The notes under the pieces were generated by a model, which was not told the DNA's origin, made no database searches, and saw nothing but the letters and a program-made list of their open reading frames with translations. From the sequence record SRR31156797_315: a stretch of 64,000 nucleotides of DNA; one strand, written 5' to 3'. The position numbers and the translations under genes were made by a program. Within the stretch, counting starts at the first letter, position 1, and each line of letters opens with the position of its first letter. Shown here one piece after another: positions 1 through 9,917 of the stretch.

Positions 1-1480
1 CATCGGTTGCAAGCGACCAGTCCTGGAAAGTTCCAACAATAAATACTCCTTCCGGTGATACTTCTTCATTACTCATATCCACCTGGAATGTTACGTCAAC
101 AGTTGGTGGTGGAACACAAGGATCGCATGAGCCGAAGCAAACCAGGCCGAGAGTTGTTGCCACACCCGGAACCATTAATTCACGGTAACCATTGGTATTT
201 GCACAGGCAAGCGGGACATCCTCAGTCTCTGTCAGGCCATTGACAAAAGCATATTCATGCACATCGTTTTCGATGAGCGTAATGGTTGTCGACCAGATGC
301 CTTCGCCCTGATCCGTTAATGGATTGATTTGAGGTGTGAAATCATTGAATGTACCCATCAAATGCACACCATCCTCAGATACCGTTTGTTCGCTCATATC
401 CACCTGGAAAGTTACATCTACCTCCTGTGGGGCCGGGCAGGGGCCGCACAATCCAAAGCAAACCAAATCCAGCTCGGTATTTACATCCGGTACATTGAAA
501 TATCTGTTACCACTATTATTACAATCTTCAGGCAGGATCTCAGCATCTTCCCATGTTATACCGTTCACGAATTTGTATTCCTGGTAGGTCCCTGAAGGGA
601 AAATACCGGTATAGGAATAAATGCCACCTCCTTCGTTGGTCATCAATGTTGCACCAGGATCCCAGCCCTGGAAGGCACCACCAATATGTACACCATCAGG
701 TGATACTTGCTGTTGAGACATATCTACTTTAAAGGTGATCTCCACATCAACGGGAGGTGGTCCGCAGGGATCGCAGTTGCCAAAGCAAACAGCATCCAGG
801 GTAGTGGAAACACCCGGAATCCAAAAATACCTGTTGAATCCGAAGGCACAATCCGGTGGAACAGTTTCGTCGTCTCCCCATGCATTACCGTTTATAAACT
901 TGTATTCATGATACTCTCCTTCCCCGAGGGAAAGCGTTACTTCATAAATGTCATTCTCCTTTAGGGTTAAGGGTGTTCCAGCTGGATCCCAGCCCTGAAA
1001 TGAGCCGGCAATATGAATCCCATTCGGGGAAACGGTTTCATTTGACATATCTACCTGGAAGGTGATATCTACCTGGGGGGGATTACAAATGGTGCAGCTT
1101 CCAAAACAAACAACGTCCAGTGTGATGTCTTCGTCAGGAACAGTTAAATTGCGGTTGCCACCCTGTGCACAACCATTCGGTACGGATTCATCCATGCCCC
1201 AGTCATTACCGTTAATATATTTGAACTCAAGTTCTGATCCGGGAGCAAAATCCTGTGTATACGTGTAAACAAATCCAAATGGAGGCTGGATCATCTCGGT
1301 GGAACCGGGATTCCAACCCTGGAAATTACCCGCAATATGTACACCCAACGGGCTGATTTCACCAACCTCCGACATATTAACGCGGAAGGTAACCTGCACA
1401 GTTTGTGCATTGGCTGAACTGAGCATGATCATGGCGGTAATGGCCAGGAAGCTCAATAGTTTTGTAAATAATGTTCTCAT
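1..1480 (-). CDS. Secreted protein with >=5 tandem Cys-rich CBM20-like (starch-binding-like) modules; 3' end runs off the window
   Basis: Absent from the ORF track because it has no stop in the window. Hand translation from ATG at 1480 gives MRTLFTKLLSFLAITAMIMLSSANAQ-TVQVTFRVNMSEVGEISPLGVHIAGNFQGWNPGSTEM...EFKYING...VCFGSCTIC. The same frame reads ...VDVTFQVDMSNEEVSPEGVFIVGTFQDW at the window edge. Paralogous to 1511..4129. Confidence 0.88.
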   Translation of the reverse strand, partial: MRTLFTKLLSFLAITAMIMLSSANAQTVQVTFRVNMSEVGEISPLGVHIAGNFQGWNPGSTEMIQPPFGFVYTYTQDFAPGSELEFKYINGNDWGMDESVPNGCAQGGNRNLTVPDEDITLDVVCFGSCTICNPPQVDITFQVDMSNETVSPNGIHIAGSFQGWDPAGTPLTLKENDIYEVTLSLGEGEYHEYKFINGNAWGDDETVPPDCAFGFNRYFWIPGVSTTLDAVCFGNCDPCGPPPVDVEITFKVDMSQQQVSPDGVHIGGAFQGWDPGATLMTNEGGGIYSYTGIFPSGTYQEYKFVNGITWEDAEILPEDCNNSGNRYFNVPDVNTELDLVCFGLCGPCPAPQEVDVTFQVDMSEQTVSEDGVHLMGTFNDFTPQINPLTDQGEGIWSTTITLIENDVHEYAFVNGLTETEDVPLACANTNGYRELMVPGVATTLGLVCFGSCDPCVPPPTVDVTFQVDMSNEEVSPEGVFIVGTFQDWSLATD

Positions 1481-1510
1481 AATACGTAGGTTTTAATTTG
1501 AGTTTATTGT

Positions 1511-4129
1511 TTATTCAATGATTAACTTTTGATATTTTGCCCCATATTCATTTTCGATAAGTAGGTAATACAAGCCGCTTTTCAATCCATTAATTTCAGT
1601 GTATGAGGAATTTAGGGGTTGATCCATAACCAGTTTCCCTGTGATGGTGAAAATGGTGATATGATCGGCATTGTTAAAAAACACCACCTGGTTTGCCGGG
1701 TTTGGATAAAAATCAAATGCATCAGCGTTTTCAGCATTCATTTCACGGTAACCTACCAAATCACATGATACACAGTAAGCAAAACATACGGCCGGAAGTG
1801 TGTCGTTTTCTTCGGGAACAGTAAAATATCTGTTGTTATTGTTGGTGCAGTCTTCAGGAATCACTTCATCTTCTCCCCATATATCACCATTCACAAATTT
1901 ATATTCGATATAATCACCAGATGACAATGTGGTTGTATAAGCATATAATGTTCCGTCGATCCACTGCATTTCGGTTGCTCCGGGATCCCATCCCTGGAAA
2001 CTTCCGGCAATATGAACACCGTCCGGTGAAACATCTTCAAATTCCATATCCACTAAAAAGGTGATGTCCACATCTGTTGGTGGCGGGCCACATGGGTCGC
2101 AGCTACCAAAGCAAACGGCTGTCATGGTGGTGTCTTCATCCGGAACGGTGAAATACCTGTTTCCGTTTTGTGAACAATCCGGAGGCACGATCTCCGCTTC
2201 ATCAAAAGTATCGCCATTGATGTATTTAAATTCATGTTCGCTGCCTTCCTCCAGCATCCGGGTAACCTCGTAAATGTTATCGCCGGTGAGCGACATCACT
2301 GTTGCCGATGGATTCCAACCCTGGAAAGTTCCGGCCAGGTGAACACCACTTGCTGAAACATCCTCATAGGTCATATCAACCCTGAAAGTAACCGCATGGT
2401 CTGGCATTGGCGGCAGGCAGGGTTCGCAACTACCAAAGCATACCGCCGTCATGGCAGTGTCGTTGGCCGGCATGGTAAAATACCTGTTAAAACCACCCAC
2501 ACCATCAGGCACACCACATGCTTCGGGTACATCTTCCTCAAAATCAAATGAATTACCATTGATGAATTTAAATTCCTGATCAGTTCCAGCTTCAATCATC
2601 ATTGATATTTCGTAAATATCATCGGTGGTCAGGTTCATCTCTGTTGATGCAGGATCCCAACCCTGGAATGAGCCTGCAAGGTGCACGCCATCACCGGAAA
2701 CGGTTTCGTTACTCATATCTACCCTGAAGGTAATTTCATATTCGGGTTGTGGAGGCATGCAGGGCTCACAACTTCCAAAACACAGGGCCTGCATGGTAGT
2801 ATCTTCAACAGGCACTTCAAAAAACCTGTTGTAGCCACCCTGCCCGTCAGGAACTCCACACTCCTCGGGAACACTTTCAACAAAGTCAAAAATATTACCA
2901 TTAACAAATTTATACTCGTGGTTAAATCCGGATTGCAGGGTAAGGGTAACTTCATAAATGTCGTCGCCAATAGCCGTCATTGGTGTTGCTGCCGGATCCC
3001 AGCCCTGGAATGTTCCGGTTATATGAATGCCGTCCGGAGAAATATCTTCTTCGCTCATATCCACTTTAAAGGTTACATCCACATCCACAGGCGGCGGGCC
3101 GCATGGGCCACACTCTCCATAACAAACTGCATCGATTACGGTATCATTCCAGGGAACCGTCAGGTAGCGGTTGTTGTTGATTCCACAATCCACAGGTACA
3201 TTTTCTGATTCTTCCCATGTGGTTCCGTTTACAAATTTGTATTCCTGGTATGTTCCGGAAGGAATTACGGCTGTATAGCTATAGATGTTGTCGCTAACCA
3301 GGGTCATCTCGGTTGCCCCCGGATCCCATCCCTGAAAACCACCACCGATATGTACGCCATCAGGTGAAGCTGTTTGTTCCGACATGTCAACCTGGAAAGT
3401 TACATTGATGTCGACAGGTGGCGGGCCGCATGGGTAGCAGCTCCCGAAGCATACAGCTTCAAGCGTGGTGGGAACTTCCGGAACATTGATATAACGATTC
3501 CAGCCAACGGAGCATTCAGGTGGTACGGTTTCATCATCACCCCAGGCATTTCCGTTAACAAACTTATATTCGAAATAACCGCCGATTTCAAGCAAAACGG
3601 TAATCGCATAAACGTCATCACCTATGGGTTCCATTTCAGTGGCACCCGGGTCCCAGCCCTGGAAGCTTCCGGCAACATGGATACCATTAGGTGAAATGGT
3701 TTCATTTGACATATCCACCTGGAAAGTTATCTCAACCTCTCCGGGGTTGCAAATGGTACAACTGCCAAAACATACAGCTTCAAGTTCGAGATTGGTGGCC
3801 GGAACGGTAAGAAACCTGTTTCCGTTTTGGGCACATCCTGCAGGAACAAGTTCGTCCAGGCCCCATGCGTTGCCATTTACATATTTGTATTCAATTTCCT
3901 CACCTTCAGTTAAGTCGGCTGTATAAACATAGATGTTGTCCTGTGTGAGTGTCATTTCAGTTGCACCAGGGTCCCAGCCCTGGAAACTGCCGGCAATATG
4001 AACACCTTCCGGGGCAACTGTTTCTTCGGACATATCCACCTGAAAGGTGACCTCAACAGCTTGTACAGTTCCGAAAAAGACAAGAAAAATGAGTGCAGAA
4101 ATTAGTGATTTAAGTACCTGTTTTTTCAT
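1511..4129 (-). CDS. T9SS-secreted protein with 7 tandem Cys-rich CBM20-like modules and no recognisable catalytic domain
   Basis: Signal peptide; seven ~110-aa repeats (V/I)TFxVDM..GVHIAGSFQGWDP..EM..EYKFVNG..VPxxC..NR..VCFGSCxxC; C-terminal FYPNPA...GLYYL...KLIIE typical of a T9SS type A sorting domain. Confidence 0.85.
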   Translation of the reverse strand: MKKQVLKSLISALIFLVFFGTVQAVEVTFQVDMSEETVAPEGVHIAGSFQGWDPGATEMTLTQDNIYVYTADLTEGEEIEYKYVNGNAWGLDELVPAGCAQNGNRFLTVPATNLELEAVCFGSCTICNPGEVEITFQVDMSNETISPNGIHVAGSFQGWDPGATEMEPIGDDVYAITVLLEIGGYFEYKFVNGNAWGDDETVPPECSVGWNRYINVPEVPTTLEAVCFGSCYPCGPPPVDINVTFQVDMSEQTASPDGVHIGGGFQGWDPGATEMTLVSDNIYSYTAVIPSGTYQEYKFVNGTTWEESENVPVDCGINNNRYLTVPWNDTVIDAVCYGECGPCGPPPVDVDVTFKVDMSEEDISPDGIHITGTFQGWDPAATPMTAIGDDIYEVTLTLQSGFNHEYKFVNGNIFDFVESVPEECGVPDGQGGYNRFFEVPVEDTTMQALCFGSCEPCMPPQPEYEITFRVDMSNETVSGDGVHLAGSFQGWDPASTEMNLTTDDIYEISMMIEAGTDQEFKFINGNSFDFEEDVPEACGVPDGVGGFNRYFTMPANDTAMTAVCFGSCEPCLPPMPDHAVTFRVDMTYEDVSASGVHLAGTFQGWNPSATVMSLTGDNIYEVTRMLEEGSEHEFKYINGDTFDEAEIVPPDCSQNGNRYFTVPDEDTTMTAVCFGSCDPCGPPPTDVDITFLVDMEFEDVSPDGVHIAGSFQGWDPGATEMQWIDGTLYAYTTTLSSGDYIEYKFVNGDIWGEDEVIPEDCTNNNNRYFTVPEENDTLPAVCFAYCVSCDLVGYREMNAENADAFDFYPNPANQVVFFNNADHITIFTITGKLVMDQPLNSSYTEINGLKSGLYYLLIENEYGAKYQKLIIE

Positions 4130-4184
4130 GATTTATGTGATTAAATTTTATCTTCTTACCAGGAAAATATCCCCTCAAAGTTAA

Positions 4185-7100
4185 TTATTGTTTCACAAAT
4201 TTTTTAACAATTGACATATCATCCTGATAAATATAAACATAGTAAACCCCATGTTGATATGATTTTACATCCAGCTGGTTATTATTTAACTGATTATCAT
4301 AAATTAAACTACCATGAGCAGAATAAACTTTAACCCTGGAATTTACGTCAATACCTTGAAAATATAAAATGTTTTTTGAAGGATTTGGATAAAAATGGAG
4401 TGCAACCCTTGCCTGGTCATCTAAAATGGTGGAGTTGAAACTCAATGATTTAACGTGTGTCATACCATTTGATTTCAGGCTTAAATCGTTGAATTTGCTA
4501 TCAACAATCAGTTCCGCAGGCACGATTGTATTAGCTCTTTTTATTGAAACCCGAATTTCGTCACCAGCATTAAAACCTTCCTGTTCTTTGGTGGTTTGAT
4601 CGTTCATAAAAATTGGGATTGCCACCGTTTTTCCGGGCTGTTGGATTGTGATCTTTGCCAGTTCAAATCCCGCATCTGATAAGAGTAAGATTTTATCTCC
4701 AGGGTTCAGACTGGCTGATGCCTGGCCCTCAAAAGCAATGATATGAGATTTGTTGGAAAGTTTCCCGTTTGGGTACCTGACACTAAAATCATCAGGTTGA
4801 TATTGATGCATTAGGGCTTGTTTTTCACAGTCCGGATATGTAAATGAAACAGCATCGGCAAAACCAGCCGTATAACACTTGCCTGGCTCCAGCATGAAAA
4901 GGTTTTGGAAAACACCCGGCCAGTAAAGTCTTACGCCAGCTACTTCTTTTACGATTACCACATCATCTGTCATTCCTGCAAAAAGGTCTTCAATAGAAGC
5001 ATTACACGAACTCAGCACAGGGATGAGGTACCATCCGGGACTGTCGTAAGTGAGTGATTTGGATGCTGGTGAATTACCTGTGATGTTGATTTGCTGGTCG
5101 CCTGCTACCTTTATTTGATAACCGTTCTGAAAATCCCAGCCGCCATTTATATCAACAGTGTTGATTCCTTCGGATGGCCAGTACAAGGTACTGTAGTTTT
5201 GGAAAACAACAAGATTGTTTGCCTGAACCATGTCAGCAAAAATGTCTTCAACCATGGGGTTTTGCGGCGTCAGCCAGGTGGAGATTCCACTCCAGCCATC
5301 AGGTATCTCAATGGTTTGGGATAAAAGGCTTTCGATGGTGAGGGTTGCTGTTTCGCTGGTTGCTGAGCCACATGCATTTTCGATGATGCAATAATAATCA
5401 CCCGCATCATCAGGCGCAACATTTTCAAGAACAAGTTGTGCATTATTTGAAGCCGGAATTTCGCCCGCTGGTCCATACCAGGTGTAGTCCACAGGTTGGG
5501 AGCCATCCACCCCAACTTCAAAGATTACCTGTGAACCCTGAGGCGCTACCTGGCTTTCCGGTTGGGAAACGATGGATGGTGAGTTAAGGATGGTGGTGAT
5601 CATCATATCCGAAACTGCTTCCGGGCAAGGGGTTATCGGGAAAGCCGTTAATGTCAGTTCGGCGTAGCCTGCCAAAACATCACCAGGTCCGGGTGTATAT
5701 GTCGTTATGGTGCCTGAACTGTTGGCAAACACGCCATCGCCTGTGGTACTCCATAATACAGTTGAGAAGCTGTCAGCCACACCTGATAACAAAACAGGGT
5801 CGTTATCACAGGATTCCTGATCGATGCCTGCGCTTACTGTGGGTGTTTCGTTCACGGTAATGTAGTCCGTTTGTGTGAGTGTGTTGCTTTCCCTGCCATC
5901 CGAAACAGTGAGGCTCACATCGTAGGATCCTGCGGAAGTGTAGGTTACAGATGGATTTTGTTCCGTTGAAGTTGCCGGATCACCTCCTTCGAAAGTCCAT
6001 GCCCATTGGCTAACACTTCCGGTTGATTGATCTGCAAAATTAATGGTTCCGGCAAGACAGACCTGGGTGTTATCGGCAGTGAAATTGGCCAGAAGCATCC
6101 CATTATTGGTTACCTCCACCTGCCAGGTTACAGTTGCACCGTCATGTTCCGGAATGCCGTCATTTGCACTGGCAACCAATTCGTTTATGCCAACCATGTC
6201 TGGCAATCCAACAAATGAATAAAGATCCGTATTGCCCACAGTTTCATCATTGAGTTTCCAGGTATAATCCAGGGCATCACCTTCAGGATCAGTTGCTGTG
6301 ATCGAGAAATCCACAGATTCACCAACCTCCAAAGATTGTGAAAGTCCCGACGGTGTCCATTCAGTGATTTCAGGTTCTTGGTTAGGTAATATAAAAATGG
6401 TGTTGGGTTCGATTCCTGTAACCGGCATGCCATCATTTATGTAAGGCTGGTAAAGTGCGTAGAAATGGGTGAGGGTGGGGGTATTACCGGCGGCATTCTG
6501 TGTTGGGAAAACATCGGTTACAACCTGGGAATCTTCTTCAGAAACATGCACTGCCAGGGCGATTCCTTCAGGGTTGCCAAGTGAGGTCCATGGGATCGAG
6601 ATTTCTGTAAACCCGTTTTCGGCCCAGCCTTCATAAGAATTACAGCCATTGCTTCCGGGATAACTCCAGCTACCACCTGCATGTTCGTTCAATTGTAACG
6701 ATCCGCCACCGCCTTCGATGGCAACCTGGTATTCGGCCTGGTACGTCGAAGTGTAATTTACGCGTCCCCATGATCCTGATGGTGCGCCGCTACCGGCAGT
6801 CTGATCCGTGTCGATATCCACAAACAGATCTCCATCGTTATTCAAATCCATATCTTCGAATCCGATGTAGAGATTATTGCTGTCCCAGGTCATGAACAAT
6901 GTATAGTTATCCGTGGCCATTAATTCAGTATCAGGATCAAAATCATTGGTTCCGTCAATAATGATGGTATGCGGTGTTGCGCCGGATGGCACTACAAAGT
7001 TTGCCGTATTGTTTCCAGAAATTGCATTTCCAACGAGGTCTTCAATATTATTTACAACAATCTGCCCTTCATCCCCTGGTACCCAATTTTCCTGAATCGT

Positions 7101-9692
7101 AAGATGTACTTTACGCCAGTCGGCCTGACGTACTGCTGAAATGGGTGTGTAAGTATTACTGAAATTTTGGAGTGCATAATTTGAAATATTCTGGGCGGTA
7201 TTAATCTCCACAGCTTCATCGAAAATGATTTCTACGGTGTTGTTGTCGATCTGGAAGGCGATCTCATTTAGCCTTGGTGGCAAAATATCCATACTCTGCG
7301 ATGCAAGGGTATTCAATTCAGGTACAGTTGTTCCTGTTGGAACGGAAGTGTACCCGGCCCACAGCCTGGTAAAAAACCGGTCATACCCTTTGATTTCATC
7401 ACCCAAAACAAGTGTCCCTTCAAACAGGGTGTTGTGTTGTGCACCGCCATCACCTAAAACGAGCGCCACGGTAGCCCCGGATGAGCTATTTCGCTGGCCA
7501 CAATATGAGCCGTAATCGCCCCAGATTCGTTGCACATTGGCCTTTCCTGACCACAGCACGTCCAGCAATCCCGGTGAGAACCCTGATTTAACATATCCAT
7601 CACTGCCAAAGAAATCATAAATCACATCCAGGTAACTGTTGCCTGCAACCAGAGAAACGGTTTTTTTAACGCCCCATTGGGTGAATTCCGCAGTAACGGT
7701 ATCGCCGGAAGTTTGCAACAGGTTCATTTCATAAACGGCATTTTGCTGGTTGGGATAAACATCCGAAAGAGCAGCCACGTGGTTGTTGGAGCCATCGTTG
7801 TAATCACCGTCGGTTTCGGCCCAGTAAGCCATGTCAGAACCAACTACAGAATGTGCATTTCCAAGTTCGTCTTTATAAAACAACCAGTTTATTTTTCCGC
7901 CAATGCTTTCGAAAACCGCGAAAACATCCTGGTTATGCATCACAACTTCATTCACACCATCGTGGTCGATGTCGTCAAAATAGGCGGTATTTTCAGCCTG
8001 ATATTGACCATCGGCCCATCGTGAAGCATGTGCATAAACGTTTGCATTTTTGATGTGTGAGGAATACCGGTGCTCCCATCCCGCAACCGACCCGCCATCA
8101 TGCCAGCCGGTTTCGTGCAGGTTTATCATCAGGATATACCAGGCAAGCTGGGAAAGTGCATTATCAGGCGCAGTTAGTAGGTTGTTGTGTGCATCATCCC
8201 AGATGTATCCGTATGTCCATTTTGGTTCATGAAAATCTGAATGTGATTCCGTGGCTGCCCACTGGGTGTACCACGAATTGTTGCTGCCACCGTAGCCATC
8301 AGGGCCTCCCAGCAATCCATAAGTTCCTGTTGATACCTCGGCACCGGTTCCGTTGAAGTTTGGATTTTGCATGGCATCCACTGTTTTCCAGACATTTACG
8401 CCGGGAAAGTTATCGTGGCACCACCACAACACACTTTCATAGTTGTCCAGGAAAAAGGTGCCGTCGTGTTCGTTCATTTCAGCAGCCACCTCCCAGTCGG
8501 TACCATACACACATATATTATAGGTGCCCATACCGGCAATCTGATTCTTTGCACCGTTGGCATCATAATGCATGTTTCCCACAAATGAGTTGTTAATGGG
8601 GATTACCCGCAGGCTGATACCTGAACCATTGTTCATCCAGTGAATTTTGCGGTTGTCGTAGCCGTTGAGATGCGGGCTGTCGTCCAGCACAATTCCCCAA
8701 ACACCATGATGCGCCCAGTTATCCCCCAGCCAGTCGATTACGCCGGCATCCGGGTAGTTGCCCGGTGCCAGCCATACACGTTCAGGAACCCAGGCGGTAC
8801 GGGGTTGATAGTTGTACTTATAATTAACCATGTCGCACTCAATATCCACCGACCAGTCATTCATATTGTTATGCACAAAGGGCATAATGTGTTGGCCAAG
8901 TGCCGAAGTCATCATCTCGATAGTGCCATTTCCTGCCAGTGTTGTCAGCCAGTCGTTGAACTCAGGGTTATGCCAGGATGCAGCGGGCATCAAGGTTCCC
9001 GACATGTGAAAATTTCCGGGAACGCCCGTAGCTTCATGCACCTGTAAAACCTCGTCGAAGCCACTCCCGTCGAGGCCGCTTTGCCCCCCGGGGCTTCCAT
9101 AAAACACTTCTGTGTAAGTTATACCCTGGTTGCCATGATGCACAAAGGCACAGTTGCCCTCGGCATCGCTGGTGCGACCGTCAGAAAGGAAATAATCCAC
9201 CACTTTTCCGCCTATTAAAACAGATATGCTGAATTCAATTTGTTCCCTTCCGATGGAGGAAGCCAGAGGAATCTCAGCTTCAAACAGGTTAAATGATGGC
9301 GTTCTCAGGCTGTAATATTCTCTGGAATTGTTTTGAATGGCTACAAGGTTCAGCACCTGGTGAAAAACTGCCTGCCTGTTTTGCTGGTTTATTAGCCTGA
9401 TATCGCATTGGATATCAGAATCTATAAAATTATCTTCAATTACAATGTTGTTTTTGCGGGCAACCATATTATCAAAAGTAACCCGGATCAACACCTTGTT
9501 ACCAACGGTGCGGGCATATACTGAGCTTATATCGCCGGTTTTCGCCAGGCAATCACCTATCTCATCAAATCCAAGAAAATCTGATTTTTCCCAGGAGTTT
9601 AAATCCCCATTAATTTGTTGTGCCGAAAGTATGGCTGAAAATGCAAGCAACAATATCAGTACTGCATTTTTTTTGGTAATTACTTTTTTCAT
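4185..9692 (-). CDS. Large T9SS-secreted GH57-like alpha-glucan-active enzyme with DOMON/CBM9-like, Ig-like and PKD domains
   Basis: GH57-type motifs FVHHGNQ, WVPERVW (nucleophile Glu) and YGTDWE (acid/base Asp); PKD (FADQSTGSVSQWAWTFEGG..NPSVTY..GSYDVSLTVS); Ig (DAGDYYCIIENACG); CTD (FYPNPSKN...GVYYV...KKFVKQ). Confidence 0.75.
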   Translation of the reverse strand: MKKVITKKNAVLILLLAFSAILSAQQINGDLNSWEKSDFLGFDEIGDCLAKTGDISSVYARTVGNKVLIRVTFDNMVARKNNIVIEDNFIDSDIQCDIRLINQQNRQAVFHQVLNLVAIQNNSREYYSLRTPSFNLFEAEIPLASSIGREQIEFSISVLIGGKVVDYFLSDGRTSDAEGNCAFVHHGNQGITYTEVFYGSPGGQSGLDGSGFDEVLQVHEATGVPGNFHMSGTLMPAASWHNPEFNDWLTTLAGNGTIEMMTSALGQHIMPFVHNNMNDWSVDIECDMVNYKYNYQPRTAWVPERVWLAPGNYPDAGVIDWLGDNWAHHGVWGIVLDDSPHLNGYDNRKIHWMNNGSGISLRVIPINNSFVGNMHYDANGAKNQIAGMGTYNICVYGTDWEVAAEMNEHDGTFFLDNYESVLWWCHDNFPGVNVWKTVDAMQNPNFNGTGAEVSTGTYGLLGGPDGYGGSNNSWYTQWAATESHSDFHEPKWTYGYIWDDAHNNLLTAPDNALSQLAWYILMINLHETGWHDGGSVAGWEHRYSSHIKNANVYAHASRWADGQYQAENTAYFDDIDHDGVNEVVMHNQDVFAVFESIGGKINWLFYKDELGNAHSVVGSDMAYWAETDGDYNDGSNNHVAALSDVYPNQQNAVYEMNLLQTSGDTVTAEFTQWGVKKTVSLVAGNSYLDVIYDFFGSDGYVKSGFSPGLLDVLWSGKANVQRIWGDYGSYCGQRNSSSGATVALVLGDGGAQHNTLFEGTLVLGDEIKGYDRFFTRLWAGYTSVPTGTTVPELNTLASQSMDILPPRLNEIAFQIDNNTVEIIFDEAVEINTAQNISNYALQNFSNTYTPISAVRQADWRKVHLTIQENWVPGDEGQIVVNNIEDLVGNAISGNNTANFVVPSGATPHTIIIDGTNDFDPDTELMATDNYTLFMTWDSNNLYIGFEDMDLNNDGDLFVDIDTDQTAGSGAPSGSWGRVNYTSTYQAEYQVAIEGGGGSLQLNEHAGGSWSYPGSNGCNSYEGWAENGFTEISIPWTSLGNPEGIALAVHVSEEDSQVVTDVFPTQNAAGNTPTLTHFYALYQPYINDGMPVTGIEPNTIFILPNQEPEITEWTPSGLSQSLEVGESVDFSITATDPEGDALDYTWKLNDETVGNTDLYSFVGLPDMVGINELVASANDGIPEHDGATVTWQVEVTNNGMLLANFTADNTQVCLAGTINFADQSTGSVSQWAWTFEGGDPATSTEQNPSVTYTSAGSYDVSLTVSDGRESNTLTQTDYITVNETPTVSAGIDQESCDNDPVLLSGVADSFSTVLWSTTGDGVFANSSGTITTYTPGPGDVLAGYAELTLTAFPITPCPEAVSDMMITTILNSPSIVSQPESQVAPQGSQVIFEVGVDGSQPVDYTWYGPAGEIPASNNAQLVLENVAPDDAGDYYCIIENACGSATSETATLTIESLLSQTIEIPDGWSGISTWLTPQNPMVEDIFADMVQANNLVVFQNYSTLYWPSEGINTVDINGGWDFQNGYQIKVAGDQQINITGNSPASKSLTYDSPGWYLIPVLSSCNASIEDLFAGMTDDVVIVKEVAGVRLYWPGVFQNLFMLEPGKCYTAGFADAVSFTYPDCEKQALMHQYQPDDFSVRYPNGKLSNKSHIIAFEGQASASLNPGDKILLLSDAGFELAKITIQQPGKTVAIPIFMNDQTTKEQEGFNAGDEIRVSIKRANTIVPAELIVDSKFNDLSLKSNGMTHVKSLSFNSTILDDQARVALHFYPNPSKNILYFQGIDVNSRVKVYSAHGSLIYDNQLNNNQLDVKSYQHGVYYVYIYQDDMSIVKKFVKQ

Positions 9693-9917
9693 ATGACTGA
9701 TTTTTGTTTTGTTCGAAAATTGTTCTTTGCGGTGTATTTGCTACATAAAAAAAATATTTTTTTTGGACCATTGCAAGAAATACGAATATTATTAATTTAA
9801 CTTACTGAATAACAAAGATCAAGAATTTCAAAATATAGCCCGGATTGAATTTGTATTTTAAGGATTCTTTATATTTTAGTGGATCAAAATAATAAGGGGA
9901 TTTAAACGCAAAAAGAG

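Noticed and set aside
1-4129. Recurring nucleotide blocks (e.g. CCCAGCCCTGGAA) suggesting CRISPR or DGR template/variable repeats
   Set aside because: They are in-frame codons of the FQGWDP motif spaced ~330 nt apart with synonymous variation; no cas or reverse transcriptase gene in the window.
55-9696. Many plus-strand ORFs of 60-175 aa, some repetitive
   Set aside because: Antisense shadows of the minus-strand genes; their repetitiveness mirrors the CBM20-like repeats.
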